A stretch of DNA of 64,000 nucleotides. Origin: an uncultured delta proteobacterium. Its GTDB lineage: Bacteria; Desulfobacterota; RBG-13-43-22. The notes beneath the pieces are model-generated. The model saw nothing but the letters and a program-made list of their open reading frames with translations. It ran no database searches and was not told the origin of the DNA. Each line of letters opens with the position of its first letter. The stretch's first letter is position 1. Positions 11,230-19,884 of this stretch are shown piece after piece. The DNA lies in NCBI GenBank assembly GCA_963743305.1, contig CAVUPH010000039.1:52913-116912 (forward strand). The letters run 5' to 3'. The position numbers and the translations under genes were made by a program.

Positions 11230-12146
11230 CAGGTGACTTCCCTCTCGGCGGCGATGCTGACCTTCTTGATGATATAGTTGCCGATGAGATTGACCACCAG
11301 GGTAACCAGAAACAGCACCAGGGCGATGTTGATCAATGAGGAAACGTAAATCTCCAGGGTGGCCTCGGTAAATTCATTGGCGATGACGCTGGCCATGGTA
11401 TTGGCCGGATCAAAGATGCTGTGGGGAATGCTGTTCCGGTTGCCGATGAGCATGGTCACGGCCATGGTCTCTCCCAGGGCCCTTCCCAGGGAGAGTAGAA
11501 TACCGGCGATGATCCCGGAGCGGGCATAGGGCAGGATGATCCGCTTAACGACCTCATAGCGGGTGGCCCCGAGAGAATAGGCGGCTTCCTTGAGATCGGC
11601 CGGGGCCAGGGCAATAACTTCCCGACCGATCGAGGCGGCATAGGGGATGACCATGATGGCCAGGATGAGGGAAGAGGATAACAACCCGACGCCCTCGGCC
11701 AAGACACCCATCTTGATCTCTAAGGCCCTGACGATGGGAATAAGCACAAACAAGCCCCAAAACCCGTAGATCACCGAGGGGATTCCGGCTAAAACCTCAA
11801 TGGAACTCTTCAGGAAGGAAGAGAGGGCCCCCTCCTGATAATATTCGCCGAGTAATACAGAGATCGCTATGGAAAAGGGAATCGAGATGAGCAAGGCCAG
11901 GAAAGAGGTCGCCAAGGTCCCCACCAAAAAGGGAAGGGCCCCGAATTTGCTGATTACCGGATCCCAGAGACGTCCCGCAAAAAAGGAAAGACCGAAAACC
12001 TTAATAGAAGGCCAGGCACTAATCAGCAAGGTGATAAAGATACCCAGGAGCAGGGCAACAATTAAATAGGCAAAAAAGGACAAAAAGTGTGAAAACCGCT
12101 GTTCCGATTTATCGATGACCCAGGTGTTGTTTTCCGTTTCTAGCAT
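11229..12146 (-). CDS. pstC: Phosphate ABC transporter permease PstC
   Basis: EVLAGIPSVIYGFWG, KEAAYSLGAT, RALGETMAVTMLIGN and TMASVIANEFTEA motifs. Confidence 0.93.
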   Translation of the reverse strand: MLETENNTWVIDKSEQRFSHFLSFFAYLIVALLLGIFITLLISAWPSIKVFGLSFFAGRLWDPVISKFGALPFLVGTLATSFLALLISIPFSIAISVLLGEYYQEGALSSFLKSSIEVLAGIPSVIYGFWGLFVLIPIVRALEIKMGVLAEGVGLLSSSLILAIMVIPYAASIGREVIALAPADLKEAAYSLGATRYEVVKRIILPYARSGIIAGILLSLGRALGETMAVTMLIGNRNSIPHSIFDPANTMASVIANEFTEATLEIYVSSLINIALVLFLVTLVVNLIGNYIIKKVSIAAEREVT

Positions 12147-12270
12147 ACCAACCGAATCGCTTTATAAGGATATTTAGAAAAATCCAAAGGGTCAAGGATT
12201 CGAGGACACAATCCCGCTGAACCAAGATCGAACCCTGGAACCCTCGACCCCTATTTTCGTACTAAACCCC

Positions 12271-13317
12271 CTATTTTAAAACCGGTTTGCCGTTAAAGGT
12301 CATCGAGTGGACCAGTTTATCTGCTTTGGCAAAGGCATCCTTGGAGAGGGGGGCATAGTGCAAGGCTTCGGCATATTTCTGACCGTCGGTAATGACCCAT
12401 TTTATTAATTTGGCCAGGGTTTCCGATTTTTCCAGGGTCTTCCCACCATAATTCTGCTCTTTGTAGAAGATCAGGTAGGTGAAACCGGCAATGGGGTAAC
12501 CATCCTGGGCATCGGTATCCGTCAAAGAGACGTTCATATCCTCCGGCAATTTGGTGTTGGCCGCCAGACTGGTCGACTTAATGGTCGGTTCGATGAATTT
12601 CCCGGCCTTATTTTTCAAGGCGGCGGCCGGCATATTGTTTTGCAGGGTGTAGATGAGTTCCACGTAGCCGAGAGAGCCGGGGATCTGCTTGATCAGGCCG
12701 GCTACTCCGGGATTGCCTTTGCCCCCCAGTCCGACCGGCCAGTTCAGAGAGGTCCCCATACCGACCTTAGCTTTCCATTCGGGACTGACTTTGCTTAAGT
12801 AGTCGCTGAAAATATTGGTCGTGCCGCTCCCGTCGGAACGATGGGCCACGGTTATGGCCAGGTCCGGAAGATGCACCCCCGGATTTAAGGCCGTAACCCG
12901 CGGGTCGTTCCATTTCTTGATCTTTCCCAGAAAGATGTCGGCGATCAAATCGGGCGCAAACTTCAATTTAGGATTGTCGGGTAGATTGTAAGAGATGACC
13001 ACGGACCCGAGACAGGTGGGGACATGAACGATCGGGGCCCCGGCCGCCTTTAACTGGTCCTCGGTCATAAAGGCATCCGTGCCGCCGAAGTCCACCACCT
13101 TGCTGCTAAGTTGCTTGATCCCGCCACCGGAGCCGATTCCCTGATAATTGATCTTGACCTTGTACTCCTGGAAGTATTCGTAAAACATTTTTGAATAAAG
13201 GGGTTGTGGAAAGGTGGCGCCCGCACCCAATAATTCCATATCGGCCGCCCAGGCGGCAGTCCCCAACCCCAAGATCACCAAACCAACCAATAAAAACAAT
13301 TTACCAATGAATTTCAT
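12271..13317 (-). CDS. pstS: Phosphate-binding protein PstS (E. coli-type, signal peptide)
   Basis: GAGATFP, YQGIGSGGG, DFGGTD, HRSDGSGTT, GKGNPGVA and GYVE motifs. Confidence 0.95.
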   Translation of the reverse strand: MKFIGKLFLLVGLVILGLGTAAWAADMELLGAGATFPQPLYSKMFYEYFQEYKVKINYQGIGSGGGIKQLSSKVVDFGGTDAFMTEDQLKAAGAPIVHVPTCLGSVVISYNLPDNPKLKFAPDLIADIFLGKIKKWNDPRVTALNPGVHLPDLAITVAHRSDGSGTTNIFSDYLSKVSPEWKAKVGMGTSLNWPVGLGGKGNPGVAGLIKQIPGSLGYVELIYTLQNNMPAAALKNKAGKFIEPTIKSTSLAANTKLPEDMNVSLTDTDAQDGYPIAGFTYLIFYKEQNYGGKTLEKSETLAKLIKWVITDGQKYAEALHYAPLSKDAFAKADKLVHSMTFNGKPVLK

Positions 13318-13350
13318 TACCTTCCCCTCCTTAAGAATTTTTGATTTTAG

Positions 13351-13404
13351 ATCATGCTCTTTCTCTGTTAAGGAGGTGCAACTGCCAGGTTAATTTTATG
13401 TTAC
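13351..13404 (-). promoter_or_regulatory. Pho-box-like promoter of pstSCAB-phoU
   Basis: Minus strand GTAAC-N6-TTAAC-N6-GTTGC-N6-TTAAC (11-bp period, 13404-13367), then CATGAT 15 nt after the start of the last repeat. Confidence 0.65.
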
Positions 13405-13458
13405 ATCTCTCTTCGAGGGACGACTTCCCTGGAAGTCGTCTCGTCTTCAAGGGGCAAA

Positions 13459-13618
13459 TTTGATGGACTCGCAAAAAGTCAGAAAACCTGTCATTGCGAC
13501 CCGGACTTGATCCGGGGGAAGCAATCCACACCATGGTAATTAGCTGATTCTTGGGGATTGCTTCGTCGCTTCACTCCTCGCAATGACAGCGCTGGGGACT
13601 TTTTGCGGACACATCAAA
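13459..13618. repeat. Nested palindromic element: outer GATGGACTCGCAAAAAGTC/GACTTTTTGCGGACACATC arms around a GTCATTGCGA...TCGCAATGAC REP doublet
   Basis: Same architecture as 34032-34175; the inner doublet also occurs at 14336-14432 and 55090-55186. Confidence 0.75.
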
Positions 13619-13780
13619 ATTGGCCATTTACGGGGGTACTTGTTTGAACCGCGGGGTGGATTGTAAGGGGATTATTGGGCGATTTCTAAAGCGTTGCGAC
13701 CGATTTTTATACAGCCATGAGGCTGAAACTTTGACCGAAGAAGATAGTACCCAACCCAGGTTCTATCGTCAAAACGTTCT

Positions 13781-14246
13781 TCAGACGCTATCCAACCGGC
13801 CTTCCAACCAGCGAATCACTTCTCGGTAGTCCGCGGCCCCGTTGGAGTCTGGGGCATATTGAAAAATTGGCCTTCCGAAAGCCGGCGCTTCGGTAAAGGA
13901 AACACTCTCCCGCACCAGGGGGGCCACCTTGCTTGGAAAAAGCGATTCCAATTTCTCCGCTGAATCGCCGGCGGGCCTCCACTAATCCCGGCCCGGAAGG
14001 GACCAGATACAATTCGGGCATCACGGTTTCAATCACCGGCAGCGCGCTGGAGGCGGACAAGGCCTGCAATAGCACCTCGCCGTCATTGGAAACCCCCAGA
14101 GACAGGCCCGCACTGCCCTGGGGATCATTGTCTATCAACAAAACCCGCTGTCCCTTTTCCGCCCACCCGGCGGCCAGGCTGACCGCGGTGGTCGTCTTGC
14201 CTACGCCCCCTTTGTGGTTCATTACGGAAAAGATTAGGGATTTCAT
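13781..14246 (-). pseudogene. ParA/Soj-family ATPase with internal deletion
   Basis: N-terminus has KGGVGKTTT and LLIDNDPQG. It then jumps, in another frame, to a ParA C-terminus ([27 protein letters not shown]). The DCPP/Walker B region is missing. Confidence 0.7.
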
Positions 14247-14261
14247 ACAAGCCTCCTTTTA

Positions 14262-14552
14262 GACACCCGGGCATAAGGTGGGCACCCACAAAGCACGAGA
14301 ATAAATACCAGAGCTGTTTAAGCCTCAAATGCTCCGTCATTGCGAGGAGAGAAGCAACGAAGCAATCCCCCAAGCAGCTTACAACCTTTCCCAGAGCCTT
14401 GCGGGGGATTGCTTCGCTTCGCTCGCAATGACACAGGTATTTGAACTTATTTACATACGACCTCCCCATGGCCTGCGGACACCCCGAAGCATGAAAATCC
14501 CGGGTAGGGTAGGCTTTAGCCTCCCTGTTTGGGCGACTAAAGTCGCCCTTAC
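14262..14552. repeat. Composite repeat cluster (GTCATTGCGAG doublet 14336-14432, CCC.CGAAGCATGAAAAT motifs, GTAGGG...CCCTTAC REP)
   Basis: Several inverted repeats visible directly, with motifs shared with other intergenic regions of this window. Confidence 0.65.
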
Positions 14553-14559
14553 CCCCTCA

Positions 14560-17500
14560 TCATTCGATGTTCGATGTTCGTTTTGTTGTTCTCGTGTCAG
14601 CCCCCCCCGGCTCGATTAACAATGGGATTTCCCCGGTCTGGTTTTTGGCCAAGGAACGATCCAAGAAGGCCCTGGACAACAGGCCGCCCAACCCGACGGC
14701 CAGCAGGTCCGCCACCCTGGATAGGAAGCCCATCGATCCTCCCCCCAAACCGGAGAACAAGAAAGAGGTCAGGGAACCGCCTAATCCCAACCACAGGGTG
14801 GTGCGCAGCATCCGGTTGGGCGGTCGTTCACCGGTCCCTTCGCCAGCTCGGGTCCGGCAGGCATCAGCGTACAGCAACTGGTTGACCGACAGGCTTTGTT
14901 GGAACAGTCGCCCGGCTTCCTGACTTGTTCCGTATCGTAACAGACCGTACGCCCCAGGTCCTCCGGCCCCGACCATCATGGCCAGGCCTTCCGGGATGGT
15001 GTTCCCCCATTCCCTTCCGGACAGCAGACCCTTCTCCGGAACGGTGTATTCCCTTTCCATAATCTCCGGATCCGGAGGTTCCATGGCCAGGGAAAGGCAG
15101 GCCAGGTTGATCCAGAGCGGCTGCCAGACCCCGATTTCCTGCTCCATCGATCCGCTGCGAGAGAACAGTTCGGAAGCGATATCCACCTGGTTGTTCACCA
15201 CCAGGAAGCGGATGCTTTTTCTCAAATTCTCGTAAAATGACCGGCCGCCGGCGATAGCCGCCGGCACTTTGCGGATGTCGTCATCCTCAAGAACCAGGTC
15301 GGCGGTGTGGCGAGCCAGATCGGCCCCTTCCCTCCCCATAGCCATACCTACATCCGCCACCTTGAGGGCCAGGACATCATTGAAACCGTCTCCCACCATG
15401 GCCACTTTCAGTCCGGCGCTCTGGTAGGCCTGAATAATTTCCAGCTTCTGCGTGGGGCTGAGTCGGGCGAAAATATGGGCCCGGGTCGCTACACCCATCA
15501 GGCTGGCGCGGTTCAACCCTTTCAGGTTCAAGGCGTCCAGGATAACCAGCGGCTCCTCCCCGCTCAAACCCAGCTCCTGCCCGATATGGTTGGCGGTCAG
15601 GCTCTGGTCGCCGGTGATCACGGTGGTGCGTATGCCGGCCCGCTGCAGTTCGGCGATCATTTCCCTCGCCCCGGGCCTGATGGGGTCCGCCAGTCCCACC
15701 AGTCCGGACCAGACCAGACTGCCCGATTCCGGATGATCCAACTCACGCTTCTTAACCCGGCCCCAGTAAAAAGCCACCCCCAGGACCCGGAGACCCTGCC
15801 CGGCCATCCGGGAATTCTCCAGTTCGATACGCTCCCGGTCCTCCTCCTCCAGGTTCAGCGTATCTCCGTCCTGGAACCGGAAACGGCACCTTTCCAGGAC
15901 TTCCAGCGGGCTGCCCTTGACCACCGTCAACTTCCGTTCCTCATCCCAACGGTGGATCGTCATCATCAAAGGGGTCTTTTCGCGGCGGTGGCGGATATCC
16001 AGCAGCGGGTGCTCACTGCGCAGGGAGGCCACCGGCAGACCGGCGTCCTCCGCCAGGACGATCAAGGCCTTTTCCGTGGACGAACCTTCCAAAGACCGCG
16101 GTCCGGCGGTTTCCACCAAGACCTCATTACATAAGGTCGTGCAGGTAATCAGCCAGGAGATATCCGGGTCCCTTAAAAGGACGAATTCCCGCCCGTCGCC
16201 ATCCCGGAATCTCCCCCGGGAAACCATCACCCGTTTCCCTCCGGCCTGTATTTCGGCCGCGGTCATCCGGTTGCGGGTCAACGTCCCGGTTTTGTCGAAA
16301 CAGACCACCTGGATCGAGGCCAAGTTGGCCAGCACGCGCAGACGGTGGACCAAAATGCGTTTTTTACGAAGTTCCACGTGCCCCAGGGCAAAAGCGCTCA
16401 GGGCCAGGGTGGAGATTCCGGAAGGGATGGTCGCGGCAATCAAAGCCAGGGTGTCTCGCATGATCCGGACAAGACCGAAGCCGCGCAGCAACGAAAGCAG
16501 CGCATAGGCGAATGAAGCGCCCAGGGCCAGCCGAAAAAAATGGTAGGTTATTTTTTTGATCTCCCCGGCCGCCACGGTCTCCGGGGGGAACACCGCGCCT
16601 AAATACTGCTGCAGGCGTCCCAGGACCGTATGCGTCCCGATGGCCACCACCACGGCCCGCCCACGGCCTTCCGCTACCAGGGTGCCCCGATAAATCATAT
16701 TCCGCCGCTGGGGAATGGGCCAGTCTCCCCCTTTGAGGGCACTGGGGAACTTGTGCTCCGGGAGGCTTTCCCCGGTCAAGGCGGCCTCGTTCAGGCTCAA
16801 ATGGTGCGCCTCGATCAGGCGGGCATCGGCCGGGATTCGCGATCCCACCTGAAGATCCAGCAGGTCCCCGGGGACCACTTTTCCGAATTCAATCTCCCGG
16901 ACCGATCCGTCCCGCACGACCCGGGCCTGGAGCAAAACCCGGTGGCTGACCCGCTTCAGGCTTTTTTCAGCCCGGCTTTCGATGACCGTGCCCACGGCGA
17001 TGTTGGACAGGGCCACCCCCAGGGTCAGCAGACCGTCGAACACCCGACCGGTGATGATAGAAAAACCGGAAGCCCCGGCGATGAGCAGGATGGGCCAGGA
17101 CAGGCTCAGCCCTTTGAGGATGTCGAACAGGGTCCTCCGGGACAAAATAGGCAGCTCATTTACCCCATAACGAACGTTCCGGGCCTCCGCTTCTATTGCG
17201 GACAATCCCATGGTCTCCGAGGTATCCAGCCGCCGGATGAGCTCTTCGACTCCCAGCAGATGCCAGGAATCCGAACCGGGGTCCGGTTGAATCGGTTCCC
17301 CGACCGCTCCGGCATGGCCGGAATCCCGGGAGACGCCCCGGCCCGGTGAATAGCGGCCTATCAGGCGTTCCAGGCTTTCTATCAGGCTCTTTACTGATTG
17401 GGGCGATTGGTAGTGAATCAGGGCGGTCCCGGTCAACGGATTGGCGGCCACCCGGATGATCCCAGCCTTTCCCTTGATTCCGGTTTCCAGAAAGCGGGCC

Positions 17501-17574
17501 AACGCTTCGGACCCCCGGAGGCCGGCGAGCTGAAACCGTATCCTTCCCTTTAGTTGGTGCACCACCCGGATCAT
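14560..17574 (-). CDS. P-type ATPase (P2-like fold) with N-terminal HMA2-like domain; membrane ion-binding residues degenerate
   Basis: Start MIRVVHQLKGRIRF (HMA2-like GRxR) after RBS GGGG. TGES, DKTGT, KGSP, TGD and GDGFND are intact. M4 reads IPSGI instead of PEGL, and M6 WINLACLSLAMEP lacks the xTD residues. Confidence 0.85.
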   Translation of the reverse strand: MIRVVHQLKGRIRFQLAGLRGSEALARFLETGIKGKAGIIRVAANPLTGTALIHYQSPQSVKSLIESLERLIGRYSPGRGVSRDSGHAGAVGEPIQPDPGSDSWHLLGVEELIRRLDTSETMGLSAIEAEARNVRYGVNELPILSRRTLFDILKGLSLSWPILLIAGASGFSIITGRVFDGLLTLGVALSNIAVGTVIESRAEKSLKRVSHRVLLQARVVRDGSVREIEFGKVVPGDLLDLQVGSRIPADARLIEAHHLSLNEAALTGESLPEHKFPSALKGGDWPIPQRRNMIYRGTLVAEGRGRAVVVAIGTHTVLGRLQQYLGAVFPPETVAAGEIKKITYHFFRLALGASFAYALLSLLRGFGLVRIMRDTLALIAATIPSGISTLALSAFALGHVELRKKRILVHRLRVLANLASIQVVCFDKTGTLTRNRMTAAEIQAGGKRVMVSRGRFRDGDGREFVLLRDPDISWLITCTTLCNEVLVETAGPRSLEGSSTEKALIVLAEDAGLPVASLRSEHPLLDIRHRREKTPLMMTIHRWDEERKLTVVKGSPLEVLERCRFRFQDGDTLNLEEEDRERIELENSRMAGQGLRVLGVAFYWGRVKKRELDHPESGSLVWSGLVGLADPIRPGAREMIAELQRAGIRTTVITGDQSLTANHIGQELGLSGEEPLVILDALNLKGLNRASLMGVATRAHIFARLSPTQKLEIIQAYQSAGLKVAMVGDGFNDVLALKVADVGMAMGREGADLARHTADLVLEDDDIRKVPAAIAGGRSFYENLRKSIRFLVVNNQVDIASELFSRSGSMEQEIGVWQPLWINLACLSLAMEPPDPEIMEREYTVPEKGLLSGREWGNTIPEGLAMMVGAGGPGAYGLLRYGTSQEAGRLFQQSLSVNQLLYADACRTRAGEGTGERPPNRMLRTTLWLGLGGSLTSFLFSGLGGGSMGFLSRVADLLAVGLGGLLSRAFLDRSLAKNQTGEIPLLIEPGGADTRTTKRTSNIE

Positions 17575-17794
17575 TGTCCCCTTGCCTGTTTTCGCAAATA
17601 GTCCTATTTTGGTTGGTATTATCCCCCAAAAATAATCAAAAAAGCAACGCCTTCCCGCCCAAGGATTATTTTTTTTCACAGAAATGTAACCTATCGGAAA
17701 TCAAATCTATTCATAAACTATGCCATACTTTCTGTCGACAACAATGATATCCATATTTAAACGACCTGAACCATAAGGGTAACAGGGGGAGAAA

Positions 17795-17995
17795 ATGAAT
17801 CTAAAGGAAATGGAACCAACGGACAAAAAGACAAACCACCTGATTTATTCCGGTCCTTCCGGGCCGGCCTACGACTCATCAATCCCTAAAACGGAAGATG
17901 CCGCCCTTCATCCGGCCTTCGGCCGGAAAGAAAAGATCTATCGGCACCCTTTCCAGGAGGATGAGGATTTCCGGGAATACTACCGCCTCCGATAA
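17795..17995 (+). CDS. Small hypothetical protein
   Basis: RBS AGGGGGAG before ATG; 66 aa; weak 11-bp repeat (TTCAC 17675/GTAAC 17686) upstream; no recognisable domain. Confidence 0.4.
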   Translation: MNLKEMEPTDKKTNHLIYSGPSGPAYDSSIPKTEDAALHPAFGRKEKIYRHPFQEDEDFREYYRLR

Positions 17996-18120
17996 CTGCC
18001 GAGGTGGGAAAGTGCATTACCTTCGACACTTCGTCCTTTGGGCTCGGTCCCACCCCCATTCCGGTAGGGATGCCGGGAGCCGGGGCCCATGAAGCCCCGA
18101 TTTTAAACTAAACCTCCATG

Positions 18121-18290
18121 TCCGGGCGGGCACCCCGAAACATTAAAATTCCGAGGCCCCCCACCCCTCAAACGTTCGACTGAGCTCACGCCGAAGTCCC
18201 CTCCCGCGTCGGGGAGGGGAAGTATAAGAACTCAGGCCGTTCATTAGGGCTCCCTCTCCCCCACGCGGGTGGGGGTGTGGGGGATATCCG
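18121..18290. repeat. CCCCTC...GAGGGG palindromic repeat cluster
   Basis: CCCCTCCCGCGTCGGGGAGGGG and CCCTCTCCCCACGCGGGTGGGGG hairpins preceded by a CACCCCGAAACATTAAAAT motif. Confidence 0.55.
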
Positions 18291-18382
18291 CAGTTAAATG
18301 CTATTTTCGTATTAAACCCTCATGAATATCTACCGTCCCCCGTGAAAAGGGCTTTCAATAATAAATTTTTTCAGCCCCTGTT

Positions 18383-18437
18383 TTTACCTTAAAATCATTG
18401 GATCGACATAATTCCGCCATATTCCCGGGGCTATAAT
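18383..18437 (+). promoter_or_regulatory. Pho-box-like promoter (probably leaderless) of the methyltransferase-psd-GT-phoH operon
   Basis: TTTAC(18383), ATCAT(18394), GACAT(18405), GCCAT(18416) at an exact 11-bp period; perfect TATAAT at 18432-18437; ATG at 18446 with no SD. Confidence 0.65.
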
Positions 18438-18445
18438 GCCCCCAT

Positions 18446-19208
18446 ATGTTGTACCGAGTCAAAACCAGCCCTCAAGTAATAGACAGCTCGGCCTTCAGCC
18501 TCTCCCCCGATCTGATTCAACGCATATTAAAATGGGCCAAACCGCTGGGGCACCACTCCCGGCCGGGCGACGCCAACCTGGGATTCGGGTTCCTGTATTA
18601 CGGTCTGGTCCGGGCCGTGCGTCCCAAACACATCCTGGTCATCGGCTCCGGACACGGCTTCTCCGTGGTCTGCCTGGCCCTGGGTCTGAAGGACAACGGG
18701 CAGGGGCGGTTGTCCTTTATCGATCCCTCTTATTCCCTGATGAAGAACGGGCCTTTTCATACGGTCGGCGGCCAGTCGAAATGGAATCACCCGCAAGACG
18801 TGAAAGATCATTTCGCCCGGTTCGGGGTGGACGACTGGGTGACCCATTACAAGCTGCGCAGCGATCAATTCTTCCCTGATTATTCCCGGCGGCAACTGCC
18901 GCCTATTGATCTGGCCTTTATCGACGGCAATCATGCCTACCAGGCCGTCCGCTACGATTTCCTGCAAACCGCCGGGAGGGCGCGAAAAAACAGCTACCTC
19001 TTCCTGCATGACACCAACATCTACGTGCGGGAAATGTTGGGCCATGCCGGGGTCAAACGTTTCCTCCAGGAACTGAAAAACGAGCCCGATTTTTTTGAAT
19101 GCCTCGACTTTCCTTTTTCATCCGGAGTTGCCCTGATCCGGCTTCTTAAAGAAGAAACCATGGAAATCCGAACCCGGGTCATTATCGGCGCCGCCTTCCT
19201 GCTCCTGA
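18446..19208 (+). CDS. Class I SAM-dependent methyltransferase (Methyltransf_24-like); 3' end uncertain, reads into psd
   Basis: Motif I LVIGSGHGFS; IDLAFIDGNHAY..VRYDF; LFLHDT. As given the frame runs into the psd N-terminus. An alternative frame stops at about 19208. Confidence 0.75.
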
Positions 19209-19856
19209 TTGCGGCCTATCTGTACTGGCGCTATATCTGGTTCTTCCGCAACCCCGGCCGGGCGACGTCAGGGATCAGGGCTAGTCAGCCCGGCCGATGG
19301 CCGAGTCGTCTACGTCCAGGAAGTCGGCCCCCGGGAAAAGATCATCGCCATAAAAAAAGGGGCGTCCGCCAGCATCAATGATATCTGCCGTCAGGACCTG
19401 GCCTGTCCTAAAATACACATCGGCATCTTTATGAGCCCTTTTAATGTTCACTACAACCGGGCCCCGCTTTCCGGAGAAATCAAATTCATCCACCATTATC
19501 CCGCCGACCCGGACAATGTCCAGATGCTGCCCATGCATTGGCGCTCCCTGTTCCGACGGACCGATTACACCCGAAATTCCCTGCACCTGTTGCAAAACGA
19601 ACGGACCGTGACCTGCATCGAAGGGCTTTACCGGGACCAGCGTCTGCCCTGTTATGTCGTTCAGATAGCCGGAAAGCGGGTCCGGGGCATCGAAAGTCAT
19701 TTTAAGCCCGAGCAACAAGTGGCGCGCGGAGAGATATTCGGTATGATTCGGATCGGGTCGCAAGTGGATATCGTGGTCCCGCGGGCGACGGGGCTGAAGA
19801 TCCGGGTTCGAACCGGTGACCGGGTCCGGGCCGGGGAAACCCTGTTAATCGAATAG
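19160..19856 (+). CDS. psd: Phosphatidylserine decarboxylase-family proenzyme (short type; frameshift near 19265)
   Basis: N-terminal TM helix ending WFFRNP, then VSPADGRV, IGIFMSPFNVHYNRAP, NER, VVQIAG and the cleavage motif GMIRIGSQVD. Confidence 0.8.
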
Positions 19857-19884
19857 GCAAGAATTTTTCAAATTCTTAAAGGAG

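Noticed and set aside
14125-14619. ORFs containing 'CHCERSEAI'/'HCEERSNEAI' (also 13352-13534 and 55038-55303)
   Set aside because: Translations of the GTCATTGCGAG palindromic repeat, not genes.
17675-17726. Pho box upstream of the 66-aa ORF
   Set aside because: One 11-bp pair and one 12-bp pair out of phase with each other and no clear -10; not counted among the seven boxes.
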